From an uncultured Chitinophagaceae bacterium (GTDB lineage Bacteria > Bacteroidota > Bacteroidia > Chitinophagales > LD1), in assembly GCA_964620795.1 (NCBI GenBank), contig CAZUHX010000007.1, positions 1-36,360 on the forward strand: a stretch of DNA of 36,360 nt. The letters run 5' to 3'. Below the pieces are notes generated by a model that saw only the letters and a program-made list of their open reading frames with translations, had not been told where the DNA came from and searched no databases. Positions 16,161-26,300 of the stretch are shown here, in pieces (position 1 is the stretch's first letter; every line of letters starts with the position of its first letter). A program made the position numbers and the translations under genes.

Positions 16161-16478
16161 TCAGAGGTGCTTTTGCAGCATTCCTTCCAGAGCGGGTCTG
16201 GGTGCAGCGCCTACCTGCTTGTCTACCACTTGTCCGTTTTTGATAAAGAGGATGGTGGGAATATTACGGATGCCGTATTTCATGGAAATGTCAGGATTGT
16301 GGTCAACATCTACCTTTCCGATCACGGCTTTGCCCTCATACTGTTTTGAAAGTTCGTCAATCAAAGGAGCGATTGCACGGCAGGGGCCGCACCACTCTGC
16401 CCAGAAGTCGAGCATTACCACTTTGTCTGAATCAAGGACTTTTTCTTTAAAGTTGGCGTCTGTTACTTGTAGTGCCAT
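16161..16478 (-). CDS. trxA: Thioredoxin
   Basis: 105 aa with the WAEWCGPC active site. Confidence 0.95.
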   Translation of the reverse strand: MALQVTDANFKEKVLDSDKVVMLDFWAEWCGPCRAIAPLIDELSKQYEGKAVIGKVDVDHNPDISMKYGIRNIPTILFIKNGQVVDKQVGAAPRPALEGMLQKHL

Positions 16479-16535
16479 GTTATTGTTTTTAATGGTTGAG
16501 AGATCAATTGTTATGCCTGAATAAAAAAAGTGTCA

Positions 16536-17153
16536 TTATTTCCGTTTTTCGGCCACAATAGACCGGAGGTTGCCAAAGGTTTCCAAAGGTGTTTCCACGC
16601 TTTGGGTATTTGTTAACCAATCGGGAATATTTCCACCGGGGTTGGATGAGTATTCGTTTTCTACCAGGACTTTGCCGTTTGGCTGAGGAATAATTCTCCA
16701 TTCAGACTGCATTTGCTCGATTCTCACCACACCTTCTCTTTTTCTGACATAATGCGGCTCGGAAGTCTGGGTCACAGTGGCAGCTCCCGATTCTTTGTCT
16801 TTGATAATACGCATCCGCAGAATGCAGTCGCGGTTGGCCACGGGCCAGGGCGCATTGAATTCGATCTGTGCGATAAACTCATTGGGGCTGAGCCAGGCGA
16901 TGATCGTACCTTTATCGCAACGGGCAACCCAATTTGGATAATTCTCTACATCGGTGATGAGTCTCAAAAGCTCTTCCGGTGATTCGCTCAGAGCCATACA
17001 GGCTTTAGAGTCATGCAATCTTGACCACTTGCTTTTTTTGGTAAAGACCTTAATTCCTTTTTTCTCACGCTGCAGCAACCAGTCATCGGGCCGAAGGGCC
17101 ATCAGCGGCAGGCTGAGCAGCAGAGCAATTAAAAGGGCGAAAGGCTTGTTCAT
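16536..17153 (-). CDS. Secreted START/SRPBCC-superfamily lipid-binding domain protein
   Basis: Signal peptide MNKPFALLIALLLSLPLMA. START-like pattern (W..REKKGIKVF, YPNWVARC, PWPVANRDCIL, NPGGNIPDWLTN). Confidence 0.7.
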   Translation of the reverse strand: MNKPFALLIALLLSLPLMALRPDDWLLQREKKGIKVFTKKSKWSRLHDSKACMALSESPEELLRLITDVENYPNWVARCDKGTIIAWLSPNEFIAQIEFNAPWPVANRDCILRMRIIKDKESGAATVTQTSEPHYVRKREGVVRIEQMQSEWRIIPQPNGKVLVENEYSSNPGGNIPDWLTNTQSVETPLETFGNLRSIVAEKRK

Positions 17154-18097
17154 CAGTGACCGGTTTCTGCGAGGTATCTTTCGGCATCGAGGGCAGCCAT
17201 ACAGCCGGTACCTGCTGCGGTTACAGCTTGCCTGTATGTTTTATCCTGAAGGTCGCCACAAGCAAAAACGCCGGGCACGTTTGTCCTGGTTGAACCGGCT
17301 CGGGTGATTACATAACCCTGTTCATCGGTTTCGATATAGGGTTTAAAAACATCTGAATTGGGTTTGTGGCCAATGGCTACAAAAAAGCCTTTGATAGGAA
17401 TTTCGCGGCTCTCTCCTGAGATAGTGCTTTTGATTCGCATGGCTTCTACCGTATCGCCGCCCAATATCTCATCGGTTTCAGAATTCCAGTGAATTTCAAT
17501 GTTGTGGGTGTTTTTTACTCTCTCCTGCATGATGCGTGAGGCTCTGAGCACATCTCTTCTCACCAGCATATGCACTTTGGTGCACAGCTTAGAAAGATAG
17601 AGAGCTTCCTCGCAGGCAGTATCTCCTCCACCTACGATGGCAACATCCATACCGCGGTAGAAGAAACCGTCGCATACAGCACATGCGCTGACCCCATGTC
17701 CGTTGAGTCTCTTTTCAGATTCAAGACCGAGCCATTTGGCTTCGGCTCCCGTGGCAAGAATTACAGCATCTGCGGTGATACATTTGGTTCCATCTACCCA
17801 GATTTTGTGCGGAGCTACGGAGAAATCTACCTTATCTACATAACCGTAGCGAAGATCAGTACCAAACCTTTCTGCCTGGGCACGCAGGTCTTCCATCATC
17901 TCCGGACCGAGAATGCCTTTGGGATAGCCCGGAAAATTTTCTACGTCGGTGGTATTCATCAGCTGTCCGCCGGGAGTGATTCCGGTAATCAGCACAGGCT
18001 TGAGGTTTGCCCGGGCGGCATAGATGGCTGCGGTGTAACCTGCAGGGCCTGAGCCAACGATCAGGCAATGAATGTGTTCATGATTTTCTGAAGACAT
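17153..18097 (-). CDS. trxB: Thioredoxin-disulfide reductase
   Basis: FAD motif VGSGPAGYTAAIYAAR, redox-active CAVCDG, and NADPH motif VAIVGGGDTACEEA. Confidence 0.95.
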   Translation of the reverse strand: MSSENHEHIHCLIVGSGPAGYTAAIYAARANLKPVLITGITPGGQLMNTTDVENFPGYPKGILGPEMMEDLRAQAERFGTDLRYGYVDKVDFSVAPHKIWVDGTKCITADAVILATGAEAKWLGLESEKRLNGHGVSACAVCDGFFYRGMDVAIVGGGDTACEEALYLSKLCTKVHMLVRRDVLRASRIMQERVKNTHNIEIHWNSETDEILGGDTVEAMRIKSTISGESREIPIKGFFVAIGHKPNSDVFKPYIETDEQGYVITRAGSTRTNVPGVFACGDLQDKTYRQAVTAAGTGCMAALDAERYLAETGH

Positions 18098-18101
18098 AAA
18101 A

Positions 18102-18109
18102 CAAATTTA
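18102..18109 (-). promoter_or_regulatory. Candidate -7 promoter box (TAnnTTTG) only 4 nt upstream of the trxB ATG
   Basis: The minus strand reads TAAATTTG-TTTT-ATG. If it is functional, the mRNA leader is very short or absent. Confidence 0.3.
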
Positions 18110-18181
18110 AAACAATCATACCGGCTGGATAGCGGATGATTTCCCTACAAATGTTAACAAGATTCTTCCTTGGCTCAGAAC

Positions 18182-19147
18182 CTATCTCGGAACGACTATT
18201 GTGTAGGTTCTGGAAGCATAACCGGCCCATACGCCCAGGGCTCCGCTCAAATTCGATTTGATCCGCACGGGAGAGGAAAAGGGACCTTGTCCGTCGTTTT
18301 CAAGGGTGTAATAGAAGTCAAATGTCTGGTAATCGATATTGGCCCATTTTATGCTTGCTGTATCCCCTTTCCAGAAATAGGAATAGGTATTGATATCAAT
18401 TTTTTCTGAAGGTGATTGACCTCTTTCGAGAGGCAAACCAATAGAGAGGCCCGAAAATAGCCGGTCATCATAAACCGACTGGGATCGGGGAGCATAAAAT
18501 TGTTCTGAATTTCTCTTCGTCCAATATCTCACGAAATTTCCGTAGGTATTGGGAACGGTGAAGTAGGCATAAACGGCCGCCAGAGAGTCTGCGGCGCCTG
18601 CATTGGGATGAGGCCTTATCGCAAGAGAATCAAGCCCAAGGGCAGTGGGAATACGCGTGCTCGCCCTTGCAACATCATTACCTGAGCGTATATAAAGATC
18701 GTAGGTGGTGTTTTCTTTTCCGGTGAAGGAGGCTGTGCCACTCACAAAATAATTGAGAATGTCGGGAACGGTGTAGATGCAGATATTGGGAAGTATGCTT
18801 GAGTCGGCGAGAGTGAAGCCAAGGGCGCGAAGTACCTGATCCAGCTGATCGGGTGGCAGATTAAGGCTTTGAAGACAAAACTCCTGAAGGCGAACGCTGT
18901 CTGAACCGGCACTCACGATAACTTCTGCATCATGCACAAAGAAAGAGGAGATATCGCTGATTTCGATTTTACTGAAAATCTTGGCAGATCGGGTGAGGAG
19001 TAAGATAGGGGGAACTCCGTTTTCGATGGTTCCTTCTACCACCATCTGGGAGGCAGATTCGGGAATCTCGATGTCAATTTCTTTGGTGCAGGAAACAGCA
19101 AGCACAGCAACAGCCATCATCATGCCGATAAGTCTGAGCATTTTCAT
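18182..19147 (-). CDS. DUF4249 family lipoprotein
   Basis: Lipoprotein signal (AVLAVSC). N-terminal MVVEGTIENGVPPILLLTRS pattern typical of DUF4249. Its start overlaps the stop of the upstream TonB-dependent receptor by 4 nt. Confidence 0.75.
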   Translation of the reverse strand: MKMLRLIGMMMAVAVLAVSCTKEIDIEIPESASQMVVEGTIENGVPPILLLTRSAKIFSKIEISDISSFFVHDAEVIVSAGSDSVRLQEFCLQSLNLPPDQLDQVLRALGFTLADSSILPNICIYTVPDILNYFVSGTASFTGKENTTYDLYIRSGNDVARASTRIPTALGLDSLAIRPHPNAGAADSLAAVYAYFTVPNTYGNFVRYWTKRNSEQFYAPRSQSVYDDRLFSGLSIGLPLERGQSPSEKIDINTYSYFWKGDTASIKWANIDYQTFDFYYTLENDGQGPFSSPVRIKSNLSGALGVWAGYASRTYTIVVPR

Positions 19148-21507
19148 TTTTTGCTGCTGAATTTAAAATTCCAGGTGATGGAAGGGATGATCGGAAATAA
19201 GGATGACTGCTTTGCTTTCAGACTGATATCTCCGGAAGCGGCATCACCGTCGGCATCTACGAAAACGAAAAACGGATTCATCCGGTTATAGAGATTATAG
19301 ACAGAAACGGTTATGTCTGAATAATATTTTTTGCGGGGTATGATGTAAGTAAATCCTACATCCATTCTATGATAGGCCGGAAGTCTGTAAAAATTTCTGC
19401 TTCCATATACGAAGCGGGCCTGGCCTTCATGCAGGAAATAACTTACCGGTAATGTGGTTGCCTGACCGGTTGCAAAGACGAAAGTGGCACTTACCCTCCA
19501 GTTTTTGTTGATGTCATAAATGGCAACTACAGAGAGATCATGCCGGCGGTCGTATCGCGCACGAAAGGCCTGGCCATTGTTGATCTCAGGGAACTTCCGC
19601 CAGGTCCAGGCAAGGGTGTAGCCGATCCATCCGGTGAATTTTCCGGTAGTTTTTTTGAAGAAAAATTCGGCTCCATAACTATAACCTCTTCCAAAGGTGA
19701 ACAGATCTTCAACATCTACCTGAATTTGAGGAACAGCGCTTTCACCGTATTCGATCTGATTGCGCATGTCTTTGTAATATACCTCCACGGAAGTTTCAAA
19801 CATATTGTCCTTAAAGTTGCGGAAGTACCCCAATGCATACTGAAGGCCTATTTGTGGTTTTACCTTTTGGGTGGATGGAATCCAGAGGTCGATGGGAAGG
19901 GTAGTTGTGGAACTGGAGACCAAATGTATGTATTGGTAATTGACGGAGAAGCCGAGTTTTACGGAAGAGGTTTTTCCGGTCTGAAATCTGGCACTGATGC
20001 GCGGTTCGATGCCAAAATAGGTTTGAATGTGTTGGTTTGCTTTATAATCGAGTGTGTCTGTGACCTGTCCGCGTTCGTTGAAGACAAGTTTATTAAAAGG
20101 ACCTACAAAATTAAACATAGAGCCTCTCAGGCCTGCATTGATTCTTAGCCAGCGGGTGGCATCGAAATCATCCTGGAAGTAAATGGAAGTCTCGTGGGCA
20201 TGTTTTTTTGAGGTAGAGGTGGAGCTGAATTCAGTAGAACCAGCATTTCCACTTGCCTGATAGGGGGTAAAAATGTGGTAATTGTACTGAGCTCCAAATT
20301 GCATGCGATGACCAATGAGAGGAGAGTAATCAAAATCTAGTTTTGCAGTAGCTTCTCTCACCGATGAATTCAAATTGAAATTCACATCCTGGAAATTGGT
20401 ATTGGCGCTGAACTTAAAGTCATTATAAATCAGCATAGTGTTGAGGAAAAGTTTGTCGCTGAACAGGTGATTCCAGCGAAGGGTAGCAGTGGTATTGCCC
20501 CAGGGGAAGCTGAGCTTAAAACTTCCGCTGGGGTCGCGAAAATTGAAGACATCTCTACCAAAATATCCACTTACATAGATGCGATCTTTATCAGAAAATC
20601 TGTAATTAAGCTTGGCATTGATATCGTAGAAATAGTATTCATTGCCTGCAAACTGTCCTCCCTGAAGGTTTTTGAGAAAGGGCTTTAGCAGAAGATCTAT
20701 GTATGTTCTTCTGGCAGAAATGATGAAGGACGCTTTGTCTTTCTTGATCGGACCCTGTATGGTCAGTCTGCTAGAAATGAGACCAATACCACCTTCAATT
20801 TCATACTTTTTCATATTGCCTTCCTTCATGCTGATGTCGAGCACCGAAGAAATTCTTCCACCGTAACTGGCTGGCATTCCACCCTTAATTATGGTGGTAT
20901 TTTTAACGGCATCTGCGTTAAACACGGAAAAGAAGCCAAACAAATGGCCGGTGTTGTAAACCACGGCATCATCAAGCAGAACAAGGTTTTGATCAGGACC
21001 TCCGCCGCGCACATAAAAACCGGTATTACCCTCTCCCGAAGATTGAATTCCGGGAAGCAATTGAATGGCTTTTATAATATCTACTTCGCCTAAAAGTGCC
21101 GGAATAGCTTTGGTTTGCTCAATCTTAAGTTCTTGCCTGCCCATGTCTGTTGAAGATACATTGGCGTCCTTTTTTTCGCCTGTGATCACCACCTCTTTGG
21201 TTTCCACATAAGCTCCTCTCAAATCTATGTTAAGACGCAGGTCTGAGCCGAGCTTTATGTACTCATTCTTTGTTTTGTAACCCAGATAATTGAATTGCAA
21301 ATGGTATGAACCTTCCGGTAGTGTAAGAGAATAGAATCCGTATTCATTGGTTGCAGCGCCTCTGCCCAGTTCTTCTACGAATACCGTAGCCTGAATCAGC
21401 GTTTCGCCGGATAAACTGTCTTTGACATACCCTGAAATGGTAAATTTCTGCTGAGCGTGCGTATGCAGGCAGCAAAATGAAATCAAAGAAAATATCAGGA
21501 ATCGCAT
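19144..21507 (-). CDS. TonB-dependent receptor with carboxypeptidase-regulatory-like N-domain
   Basis: Signal peptide MRFLIFSLISFCCLHTHAQQ, CarboxypepD_reg-like GYVKDSLSGETLIQATVFV...YSLTLPEGSY, and plug motif DIIKAIQLLPGIQSSGEG. The start is set at ATG 21507; the ORF track extends it to 21564. Confidence 0.88.
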   Translation of the reverse strand: MRFLIFSLISFCCLHTHAQQKFTISGYVKDSLSGETLIQATVFVEELGRGAATNEYGFYSLTLPEGSYHLQFNYLGYKTKNEYIKLGSDLRLNIDLRGAYVETKEVVITGEKKDANVSSTDMGRQELKIEQTKAIPALLGEVDIIKAIQLLPGIQSSGEGNTGFYVRGGGPDQNLVLLDDAVVYNTGHLFGFFSVFNADAVKNTTIIKGGMPASYGGRISSVLDISMKEGNMKKYEIEGGIGLISSRLTIQGPIKKDKASFIISARRTYIDLLLKPFLKNLQGGQFAGNEYYFYDINAKLNYRFSDKDRIYVSGYFGRDVFNFRDPSGSFKLSFPWGNTTATLRWNHLFSDKLFLNTMLIYNDFKFSANTNFQDVNFNLNSSVREATAKLDFDYSPLIGHRMQFGAQYNYHIFTPYQASGNAGSTEFSSTSTSKKHAHETSIYFQDDFDATRWLRINAGLRGSMFNFVGPFNKLVFNERGQVTDTLDYKANQHIQTYFGIEPRISARFQTGKTSSVKLGFSVNYQYIHLVSSSTTTLPIDLWIPSTQKVKPQIGLQYALGYFRNFKDNMFETSVEVYYKDMRNQIEYGESAVPQIQVDVEDLFTFGRGYSYGAEFFFKKTTGKFTGWIGYTLAWTWRKFPEINNGQAFRARYDRRHDLSVVAIYDINKNWRVSATFVFATGQATTLPVSYFLHEGQARFVYGSRNFYRLPAYHRMDVGFTYIIPRKKYYSDITVSVYNLYNRMNPFFVFVDADGDAASGDISLKAKQSSLFPIIPSITWNFKFSSKK

Positions 21508-21583
21508 GGAATCAAGGCAAAAGTAGGAAATGACGGCTTTACGCCGGCTAAATGATGAAAACAAATCGTTAAAATTCTCCTGA

Positions 21584-22078
21584 TCACCCCATTTTTCGGT
21601 AGAAGGCGATCATATCGGTAGAAGGAATGCCGGAAACGCCCAGCTGGCGGAGCATGGTGATGATTTGGCCTCTGTGAAAAGAACCATGGTTGATCAAATG
21701 CAGCAGGATTTGCAAAACGCTGTTTTCAAATTGATCACCTTTCATATTGGTGTAGGCAATTTTTTTAAGGCCGAAGTCATTCGATTGTGCTGAAACAAAA
21801 GTGTAAAGCCTTTCAGAAACGGATTCAGAGAGCTCATACAGCGCGTCTTCATTTCCACTGAAGGTTTTGCTTGGCCAATCGCTTACCGGATTCCCCTCAA
21901 GCCTTGATAGCCAGATTACTTCAGCATCTGTAATGTGCAGTAAAGTGTTCCTGATTCCGGAGAAACTGCTGCTTACCGGCTTGTCTGAAAGTCCCTTTTC
22001 CTGAGTCCTCAGAAAGCTGAGCAGGGTGCGCATTGCCCACAAATTGTATTCAAGTTGTAACTTAACCGAAAATTCCAT
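21584..22078 (-). CDS. DinB-family (DinB_2-like) metal-dependent protein
   Basis: 164-aa four-helix-type protein with conserved His positions (LLHITDAE, HLINHGSFHRGQI). Confidence 0.75.
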   Translation of the reverse strand: MEFSVKLQLEYNLWAMRTLLSFLRTQEKGLSDKPVSSSFSGIRNTLLHITDAEVIWLSRLEGNPVSDWPSKTFSGNEDALYELSESVSERLYTFVSAQSNDFGLKKIAYTNMKGDQFENSVLQILLHLINHGSFHRGQIITMLRQLGVSGIPSTDMIAFYRKMG

Positions 22079-22087
22079 AGTTGTAAA

Positions 22088-23296
22088 ATGAGTTCAAAAA
22101 AGCGCACGAACTTAAGCATTGCTTCGGTTTTATCACAGGATGTTTTGCCTGAAGGCAAATTTTTGCATCCGCATAATACTCCGTTGTATCTCAGTTCCAC
22201 TTATTTATACGGGGAGCTTGAACAAGCCCGTGAGGTTTTTGCCGGCAGGGCTGAAGCATATATTTATGGTCGCTGGGAACACCCGAATGCAAAGCTGCTG
22301 GAAAGTAAGCTGGCTTTGCTGGACAAGGGCGAATCGGAACTAGTGGTGCAAAGTCTGGTATTCAACTCCGGCATGGCAGCTATTCATACCGCACTGGAGG
22401 CAGCAGCTGCGCCGGGAAGCAGGGTTCTCGCTCAGGGGAATCTTTATGGTACTACTGCAGACTACCTGATTTCCATGCAGCAAAGCAGGGGATGGGAGGT
22501 TCAGTTTTTTGATCCTGGCAAGACCGACACGGCTGTTGATTTGCTAAAGGGTCAGAACCCCATCTCTGTCATATACCTTGAAACACCTGCCAATCCTACG
22601 CTGGCAGTTTACGACATCAGATTCTGGAGTAAAATCGCGAAGCGGGCGGGAGCTATGCTGTTGGTTGATAATACTTTTGCCTGTAGCCTGATGCAACAAC
22701 CTTTGGTACTTGGAGCAGATATCAGTTTGCAATCAGCCACTAAATTTCTGAACGGCCATGGAACCGGTATGGGAGGCGTTGTCAGTGTGAAGAGTGAAGA
22801 ACTTTATAATCGACTTCAAAGATTGCGCAAGCTTCAGGGCAACATTCTTTCGCCATTTGACTGCTGGCAGATCAACAATGGATTAAAGACACTGATTTTA
22901 AGGATGGAAAAACATCAGCACAATGCGCTTATGATTGCTCGTTTTTTGGAAAAACATCCTGCAGTGAGCAGAGTAAATTATCCGGGACTTAACACACATC
23001 CTTCTGCCTCTTTGGTTCGAAAACAGATGAAAGGCGGTGGAGGGGTCATATCTTTTGAGCTGAATGGCGGTAAGAAGAAAGCCGACCGTTTTCTCAAACG
23101 CGTTGAACTATGCAGATTTACTGCATCTCTTGGCACACCTGACACCTTGGTACAGCATCCGGCCAGCATGTCGCATGTGTTTATGCCGGCAGCTCAGAGG
23201 AGGGTTTTTGGAATAACGGATTCACTGGTTCGTATCTCGGTGGGGCTTGAATCGGCTGATGATCTGATTGCAGATTTGAAATCGGCATTAGAATAA
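22088..23296 (+). CDS. Cys/Met-metabolism PLP-dependent enzyme (cystathionine gamma-synthase / O-acyl-homoserine sulfhydrylase / methionine gamma-lyase class)
   Basis: PLP-lysine motif SATKFLNGHG and the C-terminal HPASMSH motif. About 400 aa. Confidence 0.85.
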   Translation: MSSKKRTNLSIASVLSQDVLPEGKFLHPHNTPLYLSSTYLYGELEQAREVFAGRAEAYIYGRWEHPNAKLLESKLALLDKGESELVVQSLVFNSGMAAIHTALEAAAAPGSRVLAQGNLYGTTADYLISMQQSRGWEVQFFDPGKTDTAVDLLKGQNPISVIYLETPANPTLAVYDIRFWSKIAKRAGAMLLVDNTFACSLMQQPLVLGADISLQSATKFLNGHGTGMGGVVSVKSEELYNRLQRLRKLQGNILSPFDCWQINNGLKTLILRMEKHQHNALMIARFLEKHPAVSRVNYPGLNTHPSASLVRKQMKGGGGVISFELNGGKKKADRFLKRVELCRFTASLGTPDTLVQHPASMSHVFMPAAQRRVFGITDSLVRISVGLESADDLIADLKSALE

Positions 23297-23352
23297 TGTC
23301 CGGCAGCAGCAATAAACCGTTTATTTTGGCTTTATATAAGGCCTGAAAGTCT

Positions 23353-26300
23353 GTGCGCCTGTTTCGCTTTATCTGTTTGTTGAGTATACTTACGATCCTG
23401 TGCGGAAGCAGCAGGGCGCAAGATTTTCGTTCATTGAGAGAGAAATGGTTTGAGACCGTGTCAGACACGCTGATTCTGGACAGTCTGAGCGTAGTACCGG
23501 GGAGTCTGCTAATCAACGGTATGCCTTCAGACAGCAACCTTTGCACGCTTTATCCCTGGAGTTCTAAGCTGGTATGGAAGAAAAAGCCGATGACAGATCG
23601 GGTAAAGATTCAATACCGGGTCTATCCATTTGCTCTTACGGCAGCATATTTTCATAAGGACATACGAAGTATAAGGGATGATCAGGGCAGGTTTGTTGCT
23701 AATCCATTTATTTACGAGGCTATTCAGGGAAACAGTTTGTTGTTTGATTTTGGCGGACTTGATTACAATGGAAATTTTTCAAGAGGCATTTCTTTTGGCA
23801 GCAATCAGGATCTTGTACTCAACTCGGCATTCAACCTGCAGTTAAGCGGAATGATTGCCCGCGACCTGGAAGTAGTAGCAGCCATCACAGACAATAATGT
23901 TCCATTTCAGCCCGAAGGGAATACACAGCAGGTTCAGGAGTTTGACAAAATTTTTATTCAGCTCAAAAGGAAGCAGCATGCCGTGACAGTGGGTGATTTT
24001 GATCTTTACAATAACGGAACCTATTTTCTCAGATATTCAAAAAAACCAAGAGGTGGTCTTTATCAGGGCTTGATTCCCTTCAAAGAAGAGGGAAAGCTTA
24101 ATGTGATGACTGCAGGCGGGATCATGCGTGGACGATTTGCCAGAAACTTCCTGAGGGTAAATGAAGGAAACCAGGGGCCTTATAAACTTAGTGGAGCTAA
24201 CGGAGAATCTCTCATCATAATACTTGCCAATTCTGAAGAAGTTTTTGTCAATGGAGAAAAAATGCAGAGGGGGGCTGATCGGGATTATGTGATAGACTAT
24301 AATCTTGGTGAAGTCACGTTTACGCCCCGCAGGCTTATCACTAATAATATGCGAGTTACTGTAGAATTTGAATATACGGACAGGAATTATATGCGATCTG
24401 CAGCCATGGGCTCATTTACATGGGAACAAAAAAAATATGCAATTTCTTTAAATGTGTATAGTGAGCAAGATGCAAAAAGCCAGACTACAGGAGGCGATCT
24501 TACCGGAGACCGCAGGAAGTTTCTTGAGTCTGTGGGAGACAGTATTCAGAATGCATTTTACCGGGGTTGGGATACTGTAGCATGGGATCCCAATCGCGTA
24601 TTGTACCGTATGCGTGATACCATATTGCCGTCAGGCTTGTACATTGATTCTGTGTTTGAGTATTCCACTTCTCCGGAAGAAGGGCGCTATGCAGTTACTT
24701 TTTCACTTGTAGGGCAGGGGCGGGGGGATTATGTTCCTGCCGCCAACCTTGCCAACGGCAGAGTATATCAATGGGTGGCGCCATTGGAAGATACACTTAC
24801 AGGGAGAGTTATTCCTCAGGGAACATATGCCCCTGTTGTAATTCTTGTTAGTCCGAAGATGGAGCAGATGTATACCCTCGGTGGTGTTTATCGTATCAAT
24901 CGCAGACATCAGCTGGAAGCGGAAGTGGCACTCAGCTATCAGGATATTAATACTCTCTCAAATAAAAACAATGCTGATAACGCCGGCACCGGGATACATC
25001 TTGCCTACAATGGCTCGGCGGCTGTTGGGAAAGACTCTGTTCGGGCCGGAGAGTTAATGATTTCCACCCGGTTTGAATTCAGGCAAAACAGATTTCAACC
25101 TATAGAGCGTTACAGACAGGTTGAGTTTGCCCGAGACTGGAATACCGGCCTGAACGATAATTTACGCAATGAATTTCTGAGTCAGGCAGAAGTCAGCTAT
25201 CGGATGAAGAAATCGGGAATCATCGGAGCGCGGTTCAATAGTTTTGTCAGGCAGAACATATATAGAGGGTTTCAATATTCTATAATTTCAAATCTAAATC
25301 CCGGTTCGTGGCAAATCCGGATGAATCACCGCATAATGCATTCCACCGGAGAAAGTGAGAGTTCAATGTTTGCAAGACCTGAGGCAGATATAAGCTATGG
25401 CATCATTAAATTAAAGGGTCTCCGGGCCGGATTTTCATTCAATCATGAAATTAACTCACGCCGGCATCTTGATTCTGATACGCTTTCAGGGAATTCTTTT
25501 CTCTGGCAGAATTATACTTTTTATTTAAAACAGGGAGACAGTCTGGGAAACAACTACGGGCTTACAGCAGAGTTGAGATATGAACACAGGCCGGAAGGGA
25601 TAAAGTTTGGGAAGCCTGTGTTTCGGGGAAGAACTGCTACTGCATACGGGCAATTTAATACACTAAAAAATCAGCAGATTCAATTCACGATGACTTATCG
25701 CAGGGCAGACGGCACAGATTCGGCGGGTGCTGAAGTAAATCCACAGAATTTTTATCTGGGCCGACTCAATTACATTCTGAGCGGATGGAAGGGTTTGATC
25801 AGAAGTACAACTTTTTATGAGATTGGGAGCGGCAGGCAGCAAAAAGTTCAATTATCCTTTCAACCATCCCCTACCAATCAGGGAGAATACATATGGAAAG
25901 ATGCCAATGGAGATGGAATAAAACAGATAGATGAATTTGTGATATCTCAATTCAGAGAGGACACTTCCTACTTCCGCATATTCACCACTGTTCCCGAATT
26001 TATTGCAGTGAATCAAACATTGTTCAATCAGGTAATTCAAATAAATCCGGCTTCAGTTATCAGAGAAACCCGTGGTTGGATGGGATTTTTGCGTAGGTTT
26101 TCCCTTTTTGGGAGTGTTCAGCTTAGTAAAAAGGTTTTTGCTTCATCAGGTAAAAAGGTGCGTGATTATTTTAATCCTGTTCCGTTAAAACGCGAGGATT
26201 CGGACCTTGTGAGTTTACAGATTGCCAGCAGGAATACATTGTTCTTCAACAAAATGGATCCGGACTTCGGTTTTCAGATAGATTACAACTACAACAACTC

